Origin: Candidatus Saganbacteria bacterium
GTDB taxonomy: Bacteria; Margulisbacteria; WOR-1; JAKLHX01
Reading direction: 5' to 3'
DNA: 32,000 nucleotides
Assembly (NCBI GenBank): GCA_026387835.1
Contig: JAPLKZ010000011.1
Span: 86,135-118,134 of the forward strand
Position 1 is the stretch's first letter. Each line of letters begins with the position of its first letter. The position numbers were made by a program, and so were the translations under genes. The notes under the pieces are model-generated. The model was not told the DNA's origin, searched no databases, and worked only from the letters and a program-made list of their open reading frames with translations. Positions 25,759 through 31,439 of this stretch are shown here, piece by piece.

Positions 25759-26268
25759 ATAGCCCCAAAATATTTCTTGATAAACGAGATGATCCGAGCA
25801 AAAGAGGTCAGGGTCATTGACAGCGACGGATCCCCGCTCGGGGTCCTTCCGACACAGACAGCTATCACCACGGCGCTTGACAAGGGGTTCGATCTTATTT
25901 TGATATCGCCGGACGCAAATCCTCCAGTATGCAGGATAGCCGACATGGGGAAGATGCGTTACGAGCAGGCAAAGAAGGAAAAACAGTCGAGAAAAGGGCA
26001 GAAAGCGGGGCAGCTTAAAGAAATAACGCTTTCGATAAAGATCGGGGAGCATGATTTTCAGGTCAAGGCGGCCCGGGCAAAGGAGTTCCTGGAAAAAGGC
26101 TGCAAGGTAAAAGTATCTCTGCGGTTCCGCGGCAGGGAAGTGACGCATCCGGATATCGGAAGAAGGTTGATGGAAAGGATGGGAGATACTCTTTCAGTCG
26201 CAGGGAAAGTCGAGTCTTTGGCAAGTGCTGATGCCAGGAACATGATACTGATACTGTCCCCAAAATGA
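25759..26268 (+). CDS. infC: Translation initiation factor IF-3 (probable non-canonical ATA start; the track's TTG at 25777 is the alternative)
   Basis: INEMIRAKEVRVIDSDG and the following sequence are typical IF-3. GGAGG (25747-25751) lies 7 nt before in-frame ATA 25759 but 25 nt before TTG 25777. The frame is open back to 25735. Confidence 0.85.
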   Translation: MAPKYFLINEMIRAKEVRVIDSDGSPLGVLPTQTAITTALDKGFDLILISPDANPPVCRIADMGKMRYEQAKKEKQSRKGQKAGQLKEITLSIKIGEHDFQVKAARAKEFLEKGCKVKVSLRFRGREVTHPDIGRRLMERMGDTLSVAGKVESLASADARNMILILSPK

Positions 26269-26323
26269 TGAAGACCTGAAAAAACCCTTCAAAATGTGTT
26301 ATTATTTATATTAAGGATACAAA

Positions 26324-26530
26324 ATGCCTAAAAACAAGATTAAAACAAGAAAAGCGGCCGCAAAGAGATTCCGTTTTACGGGGACCGGAAAGATCGTAAG
26401 AAGAAAAGCCTATAAAAGGCATATCCTTGAATCCAAGACATCTAAACAGAAAAGACGGTTAAGCAAGGATATCCTGGTGTCAAAATCTGACGAGCACCGC
26501 GTGAGATCCATGCTTGCCGGCCAAAAATAA
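26324..26530 (+). CDS. rpmI: 50S ribosomal protein L35
   Basis: [35 protein letters not shown]..., 68 aa. Confidence 0.95.
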   Translation: MPKNKIKTRKAAAKRFRFTGTGKIVRRKAYKRHILESKTSKQKRRLSKDILVSKSDEHRVRSMLAGQK

Positions 26531-26545
26531 GAAAGGTCTATTTAA

Positions 26546-26896
26546 ATGGTAAGGGTAAAAAGAGGATTCGTTGCAAGAAGAAAAAGAAAAAAAGTATTAA
26601 AGAGGGCTAAAGGCTTCAGAGGATCCCTCAGCAGGCTTTACCGGGCCGCGAAACAGGCCGTATATCACTCGCAAAGATATGCCACTGCCGACAGGCGAAC
26701 AAGAAAAGGCGACTTCCGTGCGCTCTGGAACGCGAGGATAAACGCCGCGGTAAGAAAATACGGACTTTCATACAGCAGGTTCATCAACAGCTTAAAGAAG
26801 AACAAGATATTGCTTAACAGGAAGATGCTTTCCGACCTTGCCATCTTTGATCCAAAAGCCTTCTCAAAGATAGTCGATATTGTGAAGAGCAAATAG
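26546..26896 (+). CDS. rplT: 50S ribosomal protein L20
   Basis: [26 protein letters not shown]..., 116 aa. Confidence 0.95.
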   Translation: MVRVKRGFVARRKRKKVLKRAKGFRGSLSRLYRAAKQAVYHSQRYATADRRTRKGDFRALWNARINAAVRKYGLSYSRFINSLKKNKILLNRKMLSDLAIFDPKAFSKIVDIVKSK

Positions 26897-26897
26897 T

Positions 26898-27389
26898 ATG
26901 ATCCAGATGGAAGTCGGCGGTTTAGGATTTGACCCCAGGAACTTTTCCCCTCTGGTGCTGCTGAAAGACAAAGACGAACTCAATTTTCTCCCAATATGGA
27001 TAGGGATATTTGAGGCGACGGCCATTGCGATGGAGCTTCAGGGCATCAAAGCCCCGCGGCCCATGACGCATGATCTTTTAAAGGATACCATAGATAAGTT
27101 CGGCGGCAAGATCACAAGGGTCGTCATAAACGACATCAAGGAAGGCACGTTCTATGCCACGGTCGAGATCGACACTAAAGACCAGAAAAAAATGATACTT
27201 GACGCGAGGCCGTCCGACGCGATAGCCCTTGCCGTCAGGAGCAGCTGCCCTGTTTTTGTCTCTGAAGTTGTCATGATGCAGTCAAAGCTGGTCAACGCGG
27301 AAAAAGACGCCGAGGAAACCCAGAAGTTCAAAGATTTCATCGAGAACATGAAGCCGGAAGATTTCAACCAGTATTATAAGAAAGACTAA
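26898..27389 (+). CDS. Bifunctional nuclease (BFN/DUF151) family protein
   Basis: 163-aa ORF. LPIWIGIFEATAIAMELQGIKAPRPMTHDLL and ARPSDAIALAVR are typical of the family. The ATG is 1 nt after the rplT stop. Confidence 0.75.
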   Translation: MIQMEVGGLGFDPRNFSPLVLLKDKDELNFLPIWIGIFEATAIAMELQGIKAPRPMTHDLLKDTIDKFGGKITRVVINDIKEGTFYATVEIDTKDQKKMILDARPSDAIALAVRSSCPVFVSEVVMMQSKLVNAEKDAEETQKFKDFIENMKPEDFNQYYKKD

Positions 27390-27394
27390 AAAGA

Positions 27395-27416
27395 GCTGAA
27401 GAGCTGAAGGCTGAAG
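27395..27416. repeat. GCTGAAG x3 near-tandem repeat just after the BFN stop
   Basis: GCTGAAG at 27395-27401, 27403-27409 and 27410-27416. Confidence 0.6.
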
Positions 27417-27437
27417 TAACCCCTCAAGATTTCCATT

Positions 27438-27446
27438 TGATATAAT
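27438..27446 (+). promoter_or_regulatory. Orphan extended -10 box ~100 nt upstream of the methyltransferase gene
   Basis: TGaTATAAT, with no good -35. Confidence 0.3.
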
Positions 27447-27477
27447 AAGAAAAGCCCCCAAGACATCCTTAAGCTGC

Positions 27478-27518
27478 TTTTGCAAAAACCATCGAACAAT
27501 AATGAAATTCTTTGCAAA
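27478..27518. promoter_or_regulatory. Pair of TTTGCAAA palindromes (candidate operator sites)
   Basis: TTTTGCAAAA (27478-27487) and TTTGCAAA (27511-27518), with centres 32 bp apart. The second lies over the -35 region of the methyltransferase promoter. Confidence 0.3.
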
Positions 27519-27527
27519 TTATCACGA

Positions 27528-27536
27528 TGATATTAT
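27528..27536 (+). promoter_or_regulatory. Extended -10 box for the methyltransferase gene (predicts a leaderless mRNA)
   Basis: TGaTATTAT, then 9 nt (tgataacat, no SD) to ATG 27546. Confidence 0.4.
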
Positions 27537-27545
27537 TGATAACAT

Positions 27546-28379
27546 ATGCTAAACGAAACATACACCGCTAAAAATATTTGGAATCTAAGCGCAACTTCGT
27601 ATCATGCATATACAAAACGCTTTCGGATGCATGCCAATATAGCAACCCGACTGATCGCAATGGCAGGATTGAGAGTTGGCGAACATGTTTTAGACTTCGG
27701 TGCTGGAACGGGAGTCGCAACCTTGAAAATCGCGGAATCCGTGGGTAATGAGGGCAGAGTCGTTGCCTATGATTTAAGTGAAAACATGCTGAAAATTGCC
27801 CAACAAGAGTGTAAGTCCCATTCCAACATAGTATTTGTTTTAGCACACTCTGATGAAATAAATGAAAAGCTTTGCAATGAAAAGTTTTCGGCTGCGATAT
27901 GCAGCAATTCTTTTTTTCATATTGATTCAAAAGAAGCCTTTCTTAAAAGCCTTATGGGTCTATCCATGCCTGGATTCAGGATGACTTTTAGCCTTTATGA
28001 GACCGTTTTTCACGACCCTGAATATATCAAAGGCAGAGAACAGTCAGATGATTTTTTTTCAAATATACTTTATTGCTCCAGACAAAGAGGATTTGGAAAC
28101 ATGCAAAGACAAGAAAGATATCAAAGATTAGATTTTAATGCTTTATTGCGCCTTTTTGAAAAATATGGCCTAAAATTAGAGAAACCCCAAATAGAAAAAA
28201 TGCAAAGACCTTTCGAAGATAGAGTTGCGTTCTTCAAGATTCCAGCAATTTTATTTGAAATTCTTCCGGGAATTCCTCTTAGCGAAGCAAGCATGATAAT
28301 AAATTTAGCCTCTGCCATGACAAAGAACAGACAAGTTCAAAATAGAAGGAGTTATCTTTTTAAGGCATCAGCCATATAA
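27546..28379 (+). CDS. Class I SAM-dependent methyltransferase with an uncharacterised ~130-aa C-terminal region
   Basis: 277-aa ORF with motif I VLDFGAGTGVAT and the acidic motif II VVAYDLSENM. It is visibly more AT-rich than the flanking core genes. Confidence 0.75.
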   Translation: MLNETYTAKNIWNLSATSYHAYTKRFRMHANIATRLIAMAGLRVGEHVLDFGAGTGVATLKIAESVGNEGRVVAYDLSENMLKIAQQECKSHSNIVFVLAHSDEINEKLCNEKFSAAICSNSFFHIDSKEAFLKSLMGLSMPGFRMTFSLYETVFHDPEYIKGREQSDDFFSNILYCSRQRGFGNMQRQERYQRLDFNALLRLFEKYGLKLEKPQIEKMQRPFEDRVAFFKIPAILFEILPGIPLSEASMIINLASAMTKNRQVQNRRSYLFKASAI

Positions 28380-28399
28380 TAAGCGTTAGGAATTTAAAA

Positions 28400-28471
28400 T
28401 GGGCGTGGTAGGGATCGAACCTACGACCTCATCAGTGTGAATGATGCGTTCTACCACTAAACTACACGCCC
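28400..28471 (-). tRNA. tRNA-Val (anticodon CAC)
   Basis: The reverse complement GGGCGTGTAGTTTAGTGGTAGAACGCATCATTCACACTGATGAGGTCGTAGGTTCGATCCCTACCACGCCCA folds by hand into a cloverleaf. Anticodon loop is TTCACAC and the T-loop is TTCGATC. No CCA is encoded. Confidence 0.9.
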
Positions 28472-28507
28472 GTGACCCTTCGACTCGCTTCGCTCGCTCA
28501 GGGTAAA

Positions 28508-28579
28508 TGGGCGCGGTAGGGATCGAACCTACGACCTCCTCGGTGTAAACGAGGCATTCTACCACTAAACTACGCGCCC
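28508..28579 (-). tRNA. tRNA-Val (anticodon UAC)
   Basis: The reverse complement GGGCGCGTAGTTTAGTGGTAGAATGCCTCGTTTACACCGAGGAGGTCGTAGGTTCGATCCCTACCGCGCCCA folds into a cloverleaf. Anticodon loop is TTTACAC. No CCA is encoded. Confidence 0.9.
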
Positions 28580-28619
28580 ACATGACAAATGACCGATAAC
28601 TAAAACTGCTGACCAGTTT

Positions 28620-28628
28620 ATTATAACA
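28620..28628 (-). promoter_or_regulatory. Extended -10 box for the tRNA-Val pair
   Basis: Minus strand TGTTATAAT lies ~40 nt upstream of the first tRNA 5' end. Confidence 0.4.
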
Positions 28629-28638
28629 TTGATAAATT

Positions 28639-28690
28639 ACAATAAAAAAACCCGCATCGAGTGATACGGGGTTTGATCTTTTAAGACCTA
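28639..28690. repeat. Copy A of a 52/53-nt direct repeat (terminator-like hairpin flanked by an A-run and a T-rich run)
   Basis: acaataaaaaaaCCCGCATCgagtGATACGGGGtttgatcttttaagaccta. It differs from copy B (29304-29356) by one C indel and two transitions. Confidence 0.8.
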
Positions 28691-28701
28691 ATGCTAATAT
28701 C

Positions 28702-28737
28702 TGTAAAATCGTAAAAACCGTAAAATCAGTGAAATTT
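28702..28737. repeat. Four tandem 9-bp units (consensus GTAAAAWYN)
   Basis: tgtaaaatc / gtaaaaacc / gtaaaatca / gtgaaattt, read directly. They lie upstream of the HEAT-repeat gene. Confidence 0.55.
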
Positions 28738-28808
28738 ACAAATAAAGCTGTCGATAACAATCTGTGAAGAATCGGTCTTCAAAAATTTAATTAAGAAAGG
28801 CAAACAAC

Positions 28809-29285
28809 ATGAGCGATGCAGCAATAGGCCCGACAAATTTAATAGACACTACGATTTCTATGAACCAAGACCTCGTCAAAGAATACCAGAAGCTCTATCA
28901 GTCGACAAATACTAGTTTAAAGGACAAGCAGACTTATAGTAATTGTATCGTCGGCGTCTCATTGAGTATCATAATTCTTAACGCTGCAAAGGCACTGAGC
29001 AGCACCAACGAAGCAATAAGGGTTCAGGCGGTCAAAAGCGTTGCAACGAAGCACAAGGACAATTATCCTGCAATCGGACTTTTATCGAAAGTACTTAGTC
29101 AAGATCCAAGCAACACGGTCCGTATTGAGGCTGTAAAAGCTATCTCGGTTATAGGCGGACGTGATGCCGAACAAATACTTGTTGACAATCTCAGAAAACA
29201 GTCCGCCGCTGTTCGTAAGGAAATTGTTAATGCTCTGAAGGAAGTCGTGGAGACCAATGATAAGGCGCTGCGAGATTTGCGTTAA
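28809..29285 (+). CDS. HEAT-repeat protein (PBS-lyase-type HEAT-like repeats), 158 aa
   Basis: Repeated units: IRVQAVKSVATK..., VRIEAVKAISVIGGRDAEQILVDNL and AAVRKEIVNALKEV. An N-terminal hydrophobic stretch is CIVGVSLSIIILNAA. AAAGG lies 8 nt upstream of the ATG. Confidence 0.55.
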   Translation: MSDAAIGPTNLIDTTISMNQDLVKEYQKLYQSTNTSLKDKQTYSNCIVGVSLSIIILNAAKALSSTNEAIRVQAVKSVATKHKDNYPAIGLLSKVLSQDPSNTVRIEAVKAISVIGGRDAEQILVDNLRKQSAAVRKEIVNALKEVVETNDKALRDLR

Positions 29286-29303
29286 AAACACAATCTCTTG
29301 TAA

Positions 29304-29356
29304 ACAATAAAAAAACCCCGCATCGAGTGATACGGGGTTTGATTTTTTAAGGCCTA
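29304..29356. terminator. Bidirectional intrinsic terminator between the convergent HEAT and RRM genes (copy B of the direct repeat)
   Basis: A7 run, then stem CCCCGCATC / GATACGGGG (one C-A mismatch) with loop GAGT at 29316-29337, then TTTGATTTTTT. It sits in the 78-nt gap between the two stop codons. Confidence 0.65.
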
Positions 29357-29363
29357 GTACTGA

Positions 29364-29672
29364 TTAGTACGCGTTGAAGCCTCTGTTGCCTCTGCCTTCG
29401 CGTCTTCCGCCTCCGCCGCTGCCTTCTGACTTCGGCTTGGCTTCGTTGATGGTAAGCTCTCTGTCGCCCCATTTGTAGCCGGTCAATCCTTCGATGGCTT
29501 TCTGGGCGTCAGCGTCTTCCATGTCAACAAAACCGAATCCTCTGGATTTTCCAGAGAACTTGTCGGTGACAACCCTTGCAGATATCACGTTACCGAACTG
29601 GGAGAATTTCTCCTGAAGATCGGCATCGGCTACTGACCAGGGAAGGTTCCCGACAAATATCGTCTTTGCCAT
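29364..29672 (-). CDS. RRM-type RNA-binding protein with Gly/Arg-rich C-terminus
   Basis: RNP2 IFVGNL and RNP1 RGFGFVDM, with tail GSGGGGRREGRGNRGF. Start set at ATG 29672 (MAKTIFVGNL), which has AGGAG 6 nt upstream, rather than the track's 29717. Confidence 0.9.
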   Translation of the reverse strand: MAKTIFVGNLPWSVADADLQEKFSQFGNVISARVVTDKFSGKSRGFGFVDMEDADAQKAIEGLTGYKWGDRELTINEAKPKSEGSGGGGRREGRGNRGFNAY

Positions 29673-29831
29673 ATTGGACTCCTGACATATTTTTCTGTTG
29701 CTTAATGGCGTTTTCAAAAGGACACAGCAGCTTATTTGACAGCCGGCCTGAAAAAATAACCAGATCTACAGTCTATCCGGTTACATGTCAAAAAAACATC
29801 TTACCATTAAACCTCGACCTTTGACATAATT

Positions 29832-29840
29832 ATTATACCA
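29832..29840 (-). promoter_or_regulatory. Extended -10 box, candidate promoter of the RRM gene (implies a ~150-nt 5' UTR)
   Basis: Minus strand TGgTATAAT. TTGACA (29857-29852) is only 14 nt upstream. Confidence 0.35.
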
Positions 29841-29879
29841 TAACCTTACCCTGTCAATAGGGCTTTTGCCTATTTATAA

Positions 29880-29888
29880 TGTTATAAT
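29880..29888 (+). promoter_or_regulatory. Extended -10 box for yqeY-rlmN (predicts a leaderless mRNA)
   Basis: TGTTATAAT, then 6 nt (aataat, no SD) to ATG 29895. A second TATAAT lies at 29875-29880. Confidence 0.45.
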
Positions 29889-29894
29889 AATAAT

Positions 29895-30323
29895 ATGTTT
29901 GAGAGAATAAATAAAAATATGGCCGCTGCGATGAAGGCAAAAGATACTGTCCGCCTCGAGACGCTCAGGATGATGAAGTCAAAGATACTGAACGTAAATG
30001 CGAGAGGCGACCTTCCCGAAAAAGACATCGCCAGGATCCTGCAGAATTACGTAAAAAGCCTTAAAGAATCTGTCGAAATAATGGTGCAGCACGGGAAGAC
30101 GGAGGATGCGGGGAAAGTAAAAACGGAAATAGCCATAATCGAGGAATACCTTCCGCGGATGCTTACTGAAGAAGAGACAAAGAATCTCGTAAAAGAGACC
30201 ATTTCAGTCCTTGGCGCGACAAGCATCAAAGAGATCGGCCGCGTTATGAAAGAGATAACCGGCAAGCGGTCGGATGTCGACGGCTCGCTGGTCAAAAAAC
30301 TCGTTTCGGAGATCCTACAATAG
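29895..30323 (+). CDS. yqeY: GatB/YqeY domain protein
   Basis: 142-aa ORF. AMKAKD..RLETLRMMKS and IIEEYLP are typical of YqeY. Confidence 0.85.
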   Translation: MFERINKNMAAAMKAKDTVRLETLRMMKSKILNVNARGDLPEKDIARILQNYVKSLKESVEIMVQHGKTEDAGKVKTEIAIIEEYLPRMLTEEETKNLVKETISVLGATSIKEIGRVMKEITGKRSDVDGSLVKKLVSEILQ

Positions 30324-30346
30324 AAAACAAAACTCTCCTGCCGGAC

Positions 30347-31345
30347 ATGGACCCGAAAGAACTCCGGCAATACATCATTTCGCTTGAGATAGAGCCTTTC
30401 AGGGCCGGCCAAATATCGTCATGGATATATAAAAAAGGCGTCCTGTCATTTACAATGATGACCGATATCCCCGCTTCACTCAGAGAAAAGCTGGCAAAGA
30501 CCGCAAAGATCGAAATGCTTTCGTTAAAAGAGAAGACAAGATCTTCCGACAGAGGGGCAACAAAATACCTGTTTACCACGGATGACGGCCTGGGGATTGA
30601 AACGGTCAAGATCAAGGACAGGGACAGGACAACGGTCTGCGTCTCTTCGCAGGTCGGATGCCCCATGCGTTGCGCGTTCTGCGCGACGGGGAAGAACAAA
30701 TTCAAAAGGAACCTCTCGGCAGGAGAAATAATATACCAGGTGCTGTATTTCACCGGTGAAGAAAAAGAAACCATCACTAATGTCGTGTTCATGGGGATGG
30801 GGGAGCCCCTGCTTAATTACAATAACGTGCTGAAAGCGGTCAGGATAATGAATTCAAAGGATGCGATGAACATGGGGATCAGAAGGATGACAATTTCTAC
30901 CTGCGGCCTTCCTGAGAAGATAAAGAGACTGGCCAGAGAAGGCCTTGACGTCAACCTTTCCGTGTCTCTTAATGCCGCTTCCGAAGCGATAAGATCAAAA
31001 TTGATGCCGGTCAACAGGGATCATCCTATCCGTGAGCTGATAAGTGCGGTCAAATATTACACGCAGATGACGGGGCGAAGGGTGACCTTTGATTATGTGA
31101 TGATAAAAGAGGAGAACGATTCTATCAAGGATGCAAAAGATCTTGCCGCATTGCTGGAAGGCATGTTATGTCATGTAAATCTGATCCTCTTCAACAAGGT
31201 CAAGGACTCTTCGTTTTTGTGCTCTTCAAAAGAAAGGATAGAACTATTCCTGCAAATATTGGCGCATCACGGAGTTAATGCTACAATCAGAAATAGCAGA
31301 GGCTCTGACATAAGGGCCGCGTGCGGACAACTGGCAGGGAAATGA
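30347..31345 (+). CDS. rlmN: 23S rRNA/tRNA (adenine-C2)-methyltransferase RlmN (radical SAM)
   Basis: 332-aa ORF with FRAGQISSWIYKKGV at the N-terminus, the radical-SAM motif CPMRCAFCATG, and the C-terminal RAACGQL. Confidence 0.9.
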   Translation: MDPKELRQYIISLEIEPFRAGQISSWIYKKGVLSFTMMTDIPASLREKLAKTAKIEMLSLKEKTRSSDRGATKYLFTTDDGLGIETVKIKDRDRTTVCVSSQVGCPMRCAFCATGKNKFKRNLSAGEIIYQVLYFTGEEKETITNVVFMGMGEPLLNYNNVLKAVRIMNSKDAMNMGIRRMTISTCGLPEKIKRLAREGLDVNLSVSLNAASEAIRSKLMPVNRDHPIRELISAVKYYTQMTGRRVTFDYVMIKEENDSIKDAKDLAALLEGMLCHVNLILFNKVKDSSFLCSSKERIELFLQILAHHGVNATIRNSRGSDIRAACGQLAGK

Positions 31346-31439
31346 CTAATGACTAATTTTTAATGACTAATTAAGGAATGATATAATAATTCTTCCTTCA
31401 TTCATTAGACATTAGTCATTAGTAATTAGTCATTTTTTT
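31342..31439 (+). terminator. Long imperfect hairpin built from TGACTAAT/ATTAGTCA octamers followed by T7 (rlmN terminator)
   Basis: The outer arm ATGACTAATGACTAAT (31342-31357) pairs with ATTAGTAATTAGTCAT (31418-31433), giving 16 bp with 1 mismatch. Inner pairs add further stem. TTTTTTT follows at 31433-31439. Confidence 0.55.

Noticed and set aside
25729-26148. 139-aa minus-strand ORF opposite infC
   Set aside because: It is antisense to a clearly conserved IF-3 sequence and would start inside the infC promoter. No motifs.
27395-27416. GCTGAAG x3 as a functional element such as a terminator or binding array
   Set aside because: It has no hairpin potential or T-run, and three short copies could arise by slippage. 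It is kept as a repeat feature, but I cannot attach a function.
28386-28760. 124-aa minus-strand ORF
   Set aside because: It reads straight through both tRNA-Val genes and the repeat/terminator hairpin. The duplicated VVGSIPT peptide is just the translated T-arm of the two tRNAs.
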